64,000 bases of DNA from Ascidiella aspersa (Eukaryota), in NCBI GenBank assembly GCA_963924565.1, contig OZ004608.1, positions 33,418,001 through 33,482,000 of the forward strand, given 5' to 3'. Each line of letters begins with the position of its first letter. The stretch's first letter is position 1. Shown here one piece after another: positions 52,001-61,200 of this stretch. A program made the position numbers and the translations under genes. Below the pieces are notes generated by a model. The model was not told the origin of the DNA. It was given only the letters and a program-made list of their open reading frames with translations, and did not search any database.

Positions 52001-55000
52001 TCAATCTCAGCAAGAGTTCACCTCTGAGGGATGCCGTGGGTCATTTGGTCGGTCACCGGCTCATAAACATCATCAAGAATTGCTGAGGGCAGGTCTTTGA
52101 CTGGACGGGGTGGCGGCTGCATTCCTCTTTGCTGCGTTATCAAAATAAAACGTTAAAGCGACTGGATTCGTATTGGGTGTATTTAAAAGTATAGGAAAAG
52201 TTGGTAACCACAGATTAGGCTGACAGTGTTGTAACCAAGTCATTTGTGAAATTACGTAAGTCCTAGTCAAGTATTACAAATCTAACAACTCCTAGTCATT
52301 TTACCAGAATGACTTAAGTCAAGTCAAATCATTTAAAAATAGTGAATAAGTGCACTTCAGTAATGTTATGGTCTTGATTCAATACAACACTGTATTCTGC
52401 AGCCCCAACAGAAGCTATACTTTCCAACTTAATTGGTGTTCGCTTCAGGTCATTTATGATCTACCAGTTACATCAATGGAATATATAACGTCGAACGGTA
52501 CTTAAACGATAAACATAGAAAAAATTAAAAAGGTAATATCTTTTACAAAAGTAGAGCAAAAACTCTTTCATGATAATACTGCAGAGCAGTAGCTTTGGTT
52601 TCATATAACTAACAAATGCTGTATTCAGAAATACGACCCAATTGACCAGCTTTCAAGTGCCCAATGTTCAGCAGATCAATTCTGCTAATGCTAAACGGCC
52701 AAAATTGGGTAATCCTTTCAAATGGCTGGATTTTAGGAAAATAAGCAACAATCACGAACAACTCTATTCTAAGTTGCAACGTACCAACGAAGGCGGAGCA
52801 ATAGGTGGTCCTCTTTGATAAGGAGGTCCATTCAATATTCCTTTGCCGATTTCTTGTACAACTAAAAATATACGATATTTATTTATGTTAGACACAAGTA
52901 GAGTGGTTCTCAGCCTGTTTCGAGAAATATCCTGAATGGGGTAATTTGACAATGATAAAAGGCAAAAAATAGCTTACTTACCTTCGTTTATTTTTTAAGT
53001 TTAATTTAAATTAAAATTCTTAGGTGATTCTTATGTTGTTTATTCATTAATTGATAACACAGGTCATAACTTTAAATTTTATAAAACGGTGTAATTAAAG
53101 TGCGTTAAATTCTTCTTAGGGGTAACTACACAATACGGTTAAAAACATGGCATTAGAACCAAATAGTACAGTGACTGCTAATTCCAACTTATAGACTTAC
53201 CTACTGTGTTGTCTATTCCCAAGTACGTGTCCTCTGCTGCATTAAAAACATGATTTTATTGATTAAACTAAAATGCTCTGTCATCTAAGTGCCAATTAAT
53301 TGCAATAGAAACATACGTTCATTTGGATAATTCCTCGGGTAAGGTGGTTGGCCTCCAAAAGGGACGTTGGGTACAGGCATTGCTGGGTTGCCCCAATGTT
53401 GTTCTGTGTTTAAAACAAAGAAATGTTACGATACAATGTTCCAGAGACAACGAAATAACTAATTCACTGGATTTAAGGCTACTCCATACTCCAGTGTTGT
53501 AACGACTTGACTTAAGCGCACTTAGTCACTGTTTTTTCAGTCGACTTGACTTGACTTAAGTCATTTGGGTAAAATGACTCGACTTGACTTGGACGAATGA
53601 CTTAAAATTTGTGTTTTTTTCAAGAACTTTTTAAATAAAATTGAGCTATTTATCCAAATATTTGCACATAAAACAATTTGCTTGGTAAATGTTACGTTTT
53701 GCCTATTTTTTAGACCAGGTATTGCTCATAATCGTACGAGTGTAACGTTAATTTAAGTATAACATATTATGAGGTTAACGATTTATTTTTATTACAAAGA
53801 GATGGCTTAAAATTGACTTGCTTTAATTTGGGCTTGACTTGCGTCTCAACTCATGACTTGGACTGGGACTTGACTTGTTATTTATCAAAAATGACTTGAC
53901 TTGGACTTAAGGTATTTTAAAAATGACTTGACTGGAACATAAATCATTTCAAAAAACAACACTGGGCTACGCATCTAGCTATTACACGATGTTCATACTG
54001 CCTTATTGCGTCGGTAAAGCAAACAAAAAAAAAACACAGCTTTAAGATAGGTTTTCACCCAAAATAAATCATCCTGCTTTTTCAAGCGGTTTGTTTACCT
54101 CTTTGACTTTTGGGAACGACCGGCGTATAGTTGGTCACTTTTTGCGGCCTGTCTAAAGTGCTAAATCGCCTGTTCCGCGAATCTAGCTCTGGAAGTTGAG
54201 GCGGACAGTTGCCTGTAAATTCAAAAGTACTCTTTCTTCTAGCTTTTGGACTCGGCTCTCTAAACTGGTCCATTGGGAGGTACAATTCCTCGCCGGGTTC
54301 CATACTACGGCGTATTGGTTGATTGTTTTCCGTTAAAAATTAGGTAAAGGCACCCTAAAAGCGAACACGAACAGCCAGGCACTAAAACGAAATAGGTGGT
54401 ATTTTAAGAACACTATTCCCACTTGACTGGGAGAAACAACCAACGTTAAACTGTGATGCGGACGTTCAGGCAAATTAGCAACACAGCAGTTGCAGTTTCT
54501 GACTTCTCTGAATGACCCACGGCAAGTAAACTGTTGAAATAAAGACAGGTCTCTGTTCTGACACTGGTATAGTGAAACTACATCCAACGTTGTCTGCCGC
54601 CAAACAGAACCTCTCGAACAAACAAGTTCCCATCATTTCAGCACCGTAGCTACAAGGAAGTAAACGATTCTTTCAGTCATGTACTGACACAGTCCTGACA
54701 ACAGGAAGTGCCAGGGATAGAGCAAAGACTGAGACTCCAGCTATTGCTTCTCGCCTTTCCTCGCCTAATCTAAATAACAATTTGCTGAGTGAAACCTATA
54801 ATCCAATTTAGATTTACATACTTTCTTTATTCTCTTTGTGTGACGCGGATGACGTGACTCAGTGCAGGGCTATTGAAATTAAATGCTGCGCGAGGTTATA
54901 ATTGGTGAAACATTCTACGTTTAATATCATAGATAAGTTTTGTAAAAGTGCAGCCATAAACCTAGACGCAAATCAAAATGAAAGTGGTTCTCGCAAAATT

Positions 55001-57386
55001 CGTATGGCCATAAATCAATGTGTTTGCGCTCAGTGCCACTGACTTTCTTCCTTAGCAAACAATAAAGCGATATTAATGAAATAGAAACATGAATTATCGA
55101 CAGAAAAACAAGTTGAGCTTCAACATACCGTTTTTGCCTCCAGGTGGACCTTGCGAAAACTGAAATAAAAAAGTTATGTTACCGAAGTAATATTTACACC
55201 ATTCACATATATTTTATTAATTGGGGAAAATTTACATGATAAGGCAACCGGCAGAATAGCTACCATAACATGGGTTTTGTGTAAAAATATGCTTGGTAAA
55301 AAATGGAAGCATCAATTTTTAATTATTTCCAGAATTAGGCTACCATAGTTTTTTTTTCAATTTATTGAAATAAATTTGTTAAGTTAACAGAACTGACCAA
55401 AGCAACATTATATATTGTGCTTAAAAACGTGTAAAAATTGTATTAAGTTTAAATAGAATAATTTGCGATTTCAAATATTCGCCATAAAAAATGTTAAAGT
55501 ATTTTTTTAGTTTAACTTTCTATAAGTTAGAAAGGTTTCCTCTATGACATTAAAAAAATGTATTGTGACAAAAAAAAAGTAATGCCTTATTAGACCTACT
55601 TTAATTAGTGTCCTTAGACCAATTCTATAAAATGTGCATTTTTTTAAATATAATTCCAAGATATACAAACCTCATCGTCTGAATAATCTGACCACTCATC
55701 GCCAAAATCATCTACATAACGATCCTGTGCATGTTGTGGCTGTTGGTGGTGTNNNNNNNNNNNNNNNNNNNNNNNNNNNNNNNNNNNNNNNNNNNNNNNN
55801 NNNNNNNNNNNNNNNNNNNNNNNNNNNNNNNNNNNNNNNNNNNNNNNNNNNNNNNNNNNNNNNNNNNNNNNNNNNNNNNNNNNNNNNNNNNNNNNNNNNN
55901 NNNNNNNNNNNNNNNNNNNNNNNNNNNNNNNNNNNNNNNNNNNNNNNNNNNNNNNNNNNNNNNNNNNNNNNNNNNNNNNNNNNNNNNNNNNNNNNNNNNN
56001 NNNNNNNNNNNNNNNNNNNNNNNNNNNNNNNNNNNNNNNNNNNNNNNNNNNNNNNNNNNNNNNNNNNNNNNNNNNNNNNNNNNNNNNNNNNNNNNNNNNN
56101 NNNNNNNNNNNNNNNNNNNNNNNNNNNNNNNNNNNNNNNNNNNNNNNNNNNNNNNNNNNNNNNNNNNNNNNNNNNNNNNNNNNNNNNNNNNNNNNNNNNN
56201 NNNNNNNNNNNNNNNNNNNNNNNNNNNNNNNNNNNNNNNNNNNNNNNNNNNNNNNNNNNNNNNNNNNNNNNNNNNNNGCCTACGCTTTGAAGTCAAAATC
56301 AATTAAAATGCACATAAATCGTTTACAAATTAAAAAAAGTCAGCAATTTGAAAATTGTCGTTCAATAGTCAGCAATTTGAAATTGTCGTTCAGTTAACAT
56401 TTTATCGTAACAATTGAGTTTTTAATGACGTTTAAAGACATTTTAATCGTATTAAATCTTCACTAGAGCAATATTACGGTATACGCGAGCCGGCAGAATT
56501 AACGACCCAGGTCTAGTTTATCGCATTAGGTTCAGTTCGAACTTCTTTATGCTTTATAGTTGCGTATTCCTGATTTAGCCGATAGTTTTGAACAGTTTCT
56601 ATTGTTTCGATTGTGATTTGCAATTATCCTATTTCTTATTTGGATAATATACTAGGTCCTAATTGTTAATTTTTTGCAAGTATTTTTACCTGTTTTTTTA
56701 ACTGTTTACACAATTTTTTTCTAAAATAACCACCGTTTTGTTTTTCTTTGGCATTTTTATCGCTGTTAGTCTTTTTGATGTGACAAAAACATTAATTAAG
56801 CAATTTTGTGAGTTTGCATACACCTGAAAAAATAACGATATGTGTTCGACAAACATCAAAATTATGTGGTTGACGATTAGCCAAGACACTAATTTATCGT
56901 TTTATACAACAATTTGATGTTTAAATCAATGTATTTCTAATAGGTCAAAATGTAGTCAAAAATTTACATTTCAAGGTCAAAACTTGTAAAAAATTTCTCA
57001 TTTTTTTGGTTAAAAAATAATCGCCCTATACTTATAACCTAAAACTATTAAAATTTGGTAAGATAATTGTTGATTAAAACAATTTTAAACATTGTCAAAA
57101 ATATATTGCAATTTGACAATAAACAATGGTGTCCAAATATCAGTACATTGAATATTCATAGAAAAAAAAAAGTTATTTTCAAATTTTCAACCGCCTAATT
57201 AGCAAGTCTAAATATAGTCCATTATAGTTTTTATACAGATGCTTACGCCTAAATTGTCCAAGTAGCGAGTTTACAATAAAAAGTAAACATTCACTTACGG
57301 TACGGTGGTCTAGGAGCATATCCTTGTCGGCTTGCAGGTGAGGGCTGACCATGAGAAGGTCTTTGCCTTCCGTAACTTGGGTACAT
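37097..57386 (-). CDS. SLP-76/BLNK/CLNK-family adaptor: acidic Tyr motifs, long Pro-rich region, C-terminal SH2 (long isoform, spans assembly gap)
   Basis: Exons 57386-57299 (MYPSYGRQRP...), [gap]-55671 (DRYVDDFGDEWSDYSDDE), 55159-55129, 53403-53317, 53236-53201, 52861-52785, 52131-52022 (DDVYEPV), 51941-51928 (14-nt microexon), 50750-50562, 50095-49978, 47430-47357 and 46492-46190. SH2 exons are 44730-44603 (QPWFASVTREQA), 38712-38578 (EGTFLVRP...FNLQIRKRSDQQYALGSKK) and 37207-37097 (NERTFSSVCSMMEYYMAAPLVL...*). The YALG.KK..E..F.SV...PLVL pattern matches the SLP-76/BLNK SH2 subtype. Phases are consistent downstream of the gap. Confidence 0.8.
37441..37854. mobile_element. Young hAT MITE nested in a TAGGG/CCGATA-family copy
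   Basis: Perfect 15-bp TIR CAGTGATTCTCAACC/GGTTGAGAATCACTG, perfect TSD CTCAAAAG, and GAGCCGC subterminal repeats. Confidence 0.85.
40182..41345. mobile_element. Foldback-like element carrying a minisatellite
   Basis: The left end ttttgcacaatgtgtatgcgaaactatgcaaaaaatgtgcgcacat is the near reverse complement of the right end. The left arm holds about 2 inverted repeat units and the right arm about 17-18. Confidence 0.7.
40385..41293. repeat. 51-bp tandem repeat, ~17-18 copies, two unit variants
   Basis: The unit AAAGGCATGTTAAGATGTGCGCACATTCTTGTAAAAAGTAAGTATATTTTT contains the palindrome ATGTGCGCACAT. Variant B has CAG(C/G)GCA(A/G)TTTAAAATG. Confidence 0.95.
41489..41882. mobile_element. TAGGG/CCGATA MITE (hAT-like)
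   Basis: TTAGGGAATGTCCGATA...ATCGGACATCCGAAT flanked by the 8-bp direct repeat AGTCACCA. TGACGTCA at 41573. Confidence 0.75.
43083..43321. repeat. Diverged tandem duplication of ~125 bp
   Basis: actaaat.tatcgc..gaaat...acgcagg...tttgca.ct..aacgtacagtgtac.ttgctaata.cat occurs twice. Confidence 0.7.
45002..45565. mobile_element. GACTT-rich hAT MITE with an internal exact ~72-bp duplication
   Basis: CAGTGTTGT...ATAACACTG with a 7/8 TSD (CGGATCGG/CAGATCGG). The duplicated block lies at about 45072-45215. Confidence 0.75.
45824..46106. mobile_element. Charlie-like MITE (GGGGTGCC family)
   Basis: Perfect TIR CAGTGGTTCTCAACC/GGTTGAGAACCACTG. Near-TSD CCTTGGTG/TCTTAGTG. Confidence 0.8.
50871..51547. 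mobile_element. TAGGG/CCGATA MITE
   Basis: AGGGATGTCCGA...TCGGACATCCCT TIR. TGACGTCA at 50933. Confidence 0.7.
53492..53964. mobile_element. GACTT-rich hAT MITE
   Basis: CAGTGTTGT...ACAACACTG TIR with GACTTG arrays. Further copies or remnants at ~44122-44430, 52223-52392 and ~23243-23310. Confidence 0.75.
54099..54303 (-). CDS. Alternative first coding exon of the SLP-76/BLNK-like gene (gives a ~528 aa isoform)
   Basis: MEPGEELYLPMDQFREPSPKARRKST...PKSQR ends at a phase-1 donor (G|gtaaac) that fits exon 53403. An in-frame TAA lies 13 codons upstream of the ATG, and a ttttag acceptor lies about 50 nt upstream. Confidence 0.6.
55753..56277. other. Assembly gap (525 N)
   Basis: Run of N that interrupts a coding exon of the SH2 adaptor. 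Confidence 1.
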
Positions 57387-59799
57387 GTGGCAATTTGGTA
57401 GTTACAAAACTAAACACGGCTATTTATCAACGATCAGGTCTTGAATAAAATGATTGACTTTCTTAGGAAGGTATGCAAAAACGTTTCAATGGTCTTTTTA
57501 TATAACAAAGCGCTATGGCCAATTACATGTTTATTTAACTCCCTCGCTATACATTCTTAGTCTAATAATTTACAAATTTATCCTCATGGGTACACGAACA
57601 TGTATAATAAATTCTTACATAAGCCTACCCATTTTTCACTTTTCTACGAAAACTGTATGTTTTAACATTTACCGTGTACAGCCTAACAGTAAAACAAACA
57701 GCATTTAAACCTTTGGCGTATGTTCTTTGCATCACCTATATCTTACCTTGGCTGTCTATTCATATTACTATCCATTCAGAGAGCTCATTCGCTTTAGATT
57801 CGTTAGATTGAATAGGGATGGGCCCGTGCCAACGAAAATGCACAATCAAACTTTATATTGGACTGAAACTGTACATTACATGGTGAACAAAGGGTGACTC
57901 AGAGAGTCTCTGAAGGAAGTGACATCGCGCGCGACTTAAGGAAGTTTTTGGCAGCTTTGCATACTGTTACTTGTCTGCCTAATTATATATCTTTATTGTG
58001 CGCCTTATCAATCGCGGAGCCCGGCTATAGGAAGGATAAGTGTGGTGTAAAACTCATGTGCCATAGGAAATTTTGCCGCCAAATTAACACATACAGTCAA
58101 ACTTAGGATCTAACGATTTAGCATCTGTTCCTTGTAATGCTTTAAAGTATATTTTTGCTGTATTTCTTGCAATTACCGGAGTTCTGTACTGAAAGAAAAC
58201 TTAGGTTGCACTCGTTCGCTAACTATGACAGCTTTAAAGCGCAAATTAACAACACAAAGTCATACTTGATAGTCAACGATCTAATTTCTGGCGTACTGGT
58301 TCTTATATTCATTAGTTGTATTGGTATATTCATTGCTTGTCTAGCCAATAGCAGAGGCCAGCCACTAATCACGTACGCTAGGAAAATGCTGGTGTTGAAT
58401 TACGAGCGAGGGTCTCCATGAAAGTTCACACCCTAACCTTTTTGCTGTATTATAGTCATTGTACTCCTGAATTGTTTCGCTTTACTGTATGCCTTACCTA
58501 CTTTAGATGACATAAAATTCGCGTTGTTTTTGGCAACTAGAAAGACTTCCATGCCCAATTAGACACAGAAAGTAACTGTAAGAATCTACAAATCTAACTT
58601 GTTTGCAAACTAGTTACTCCATTGCCTAATTCTATCGCGTTATTGTATAAATAACAGTGGACAGAAAGTTAGCGTGGGCTAAGTAAACGCTGTTGGGTAA
58701 ACAATCACACAAAATCACTCAATAATCCACAGTATTGCCGAATTGTTTCACTTCATTCAGGTTTGTCTTGCCAATGACAGAGGTCAAACACATGATAAAA
58801 TCTACGTAACTTCATGTGCCATGAGAACATTTGCTCCTTTGGGTTTACAAACTTAGTTTTGCAGCAAAATGACACGTTTTATCAACTGTTTATCCCAATC
58901 TGACACATCCATAATCCCTTTACGATGCATGCAGGCTGGCCTTACCACCATAAAGACATCTGTCGGGGCTGGTTCGCGCGTACCTCGTACCTGACATATT
59001 AAAAACGACTTAGGTCAACAAAGTGCTTCTCAACCGGCTGAGTTAACAATTAACTATATGTACTCGATGGATAAAGCACTGTAACAATCTACACGGAATA
59101 AAACACGAAATCGTTTCACTGCTACTTGTCTCTTCAATGCAAATATACCAAAGTAAGTCGACACGGTTCAGATGAAATTCATACATTGGCAAATTACATG
59201 CTGGGGAAATCTATCTATAAAGGCCAAGTCACCCATGATACTAGAAAGGTGTGGCTTTATTTAACGCCTGAAGTAAAAGTAGTTATCTTTAAAAAAGCCG
59301 CCTGTAGTCGGATATATTAAATTCACAACATCGTGCCTCCTGAACAACTATACGTAATTTCCGATTCCCTAAGTAAAACCCGGTTCCGTGTGATTAGACT
59401 TTAGGGCGACTGTCAAGTAACAACTGGGGCGGTTAAAACTCATTTATCTAACTGCAGTGCAGGCGTACAACTCGCGTTGCCTTTTACAAGCAAAGATGTG
59501 ACTACCTGTCGTCTAATTGGCCGCTTCCTTACCTGACAGTTGCACACACACACAGATTTACTGACGCCAAACGCCAAGTCATAGTTGTGCCATAGGCCCA
59601 CGTACCAGCCATCCATGTAGGATCATAGCGGGCTGCACACTTCTCGTACACAGTGGCCTGTTATAGTTTGTAAGTCGGTAAAGCTTCTGCTAACGGTGGC
59701 AGTGCAAACACTGGCGTTGGAAGAATGTTGTAGCGTACAGTCCCATAGCATGTCTGCTGTGTTATCGCGGTTTTCGATGCCTGCACTGATTAACTCAAG

Positions 59800-61200
59800 T
59801 TTAACGGAAAGACCCCGTCGCGTTTTGACCGTTAGTTTGGCTTTACTCATTCAGCGCTAAGCAAGCCTAGCACCCAAACAAACACGACAAAAAATCACGT
59901 TTTAGGGCGTTTTAATCGATTTTTTCGCTGATAAAACAGAAAACCCACATTAAAACGTGAAAAATAACGTTTGAATGGCGGAACAGAAGAAATTGCATTG
60001 GCCACACACCTAAAACGTACCGTTGGGGGCATTGGAACGTTAAAACTGGGAAAAACGTTGCCCCTCGAAATTAAAGAAATGCGAAAACGTTGCGGACTGA
60101 GCGAAAAAACACGCGACCCCGCCTATACCTCAATTGGCTAAGAAAATTAAAAAAAATGGGAAAAGTCAAAAAAATTGGGAAAATTCTGACGTGGACTGGA
60201 CGTGTACAAAAGGCGTAACACGTGGGTAACAAAGGGACATTTAAAATTTGCTTGACGCAAAACCAAACTAGATGAATGGGAGATTTTTACGAGCAGGTGT
60301 GACGGCAATACACAGAGTCAAAGAGAGGCCAAACAACGGGTCATCTTAAGGCCTGCTTGCGAGTAAATTTTCTCACGTAAGAATAACGGAAAACGAGCGG
60401 CTGTGAAGTCGTGTTAAAGCAAGAAAATAGTTCGCCCGCCCAATCAATTCCTTAATAGAATAAATTTTAAGAACACAACAATTGGATAAAAAATGTCGTC
60501 AGTTTGATTTACTTTTTGACGTAATTGCAGCTGAATTATTTTTAGCGTCCAAGGCTATCTTTAAAATGGCGCTTTCAAAACGCCACACGCCATCAAAGAC
60601 TTCATTATTTTGGCCTTAACGAAAAATGCAAAGTTTGATAAATAAATCCCCCTAATTTTGAAAGAAAAAACTAAAAGGGCGCGTTAAAAGGCGGGGATTT
60701 TCGCCCGCCGGGACACTTTAGAGGCGCAAAAAGCACCGTCCGGTCGCACAGACAGCGAAACTCCGTCCAGCGTTTTTCACTGGCGCGATGACGTCACGGA
60801 TAAAGAGCCTCCTCCTCTAAAGAGCAGAGTGGGAGCACACAAAGAGCGCATCGTCGTCAGCGCACGTCATAACGGGTCCTGGCGACCAAACGTGGGCAGT
60901 AGTATAGCTGATGTAGAGTAGAAAGAGCGGGTGACTAAGACGCGTGGTCTTCGTCAACGCATCGCTTCCATTGTGTGTGTGTGTGTGTGTGATTGGTCAG
61001 TTGGTCATTGCGCTGCCGTCCATTTCGTCTTGGTCGGGACTTGCGTCCACAAAGTCGCACAGCATTGCCGCTAACTCATCGCCGAAGCACTGAAACCGAA
61101 AAAGTGATTCAATCCATTTTTACCCGCTTATATGGCTTTTACGAGGGTATTTTTTCCGCGCCTGTGGTGTAAGGCCGGGGAACTGTGTATGACGAAACTT
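59800..61200. promoter_or_regulatory. CpG-rich promoter-like island, probably the TSS and first non-coding exon of a + strand gene
   Basis: High CpG density, AAAATGGCG (YY1-like, ~60563), perfect CRE TGACGTCA at 60789-60796 followed by GATAAAGAG, a (GT)n tract at ~60972, and a donor-like GGT|GTAAGG at ~61168. Confidence 0.5.

Noticed and set aside
55634-56306. Three long ORFs in the ORF track
   Set aside because: They are artefacts of translating the N gap. Only 55671-55752 on the minus strand is supported as coding.
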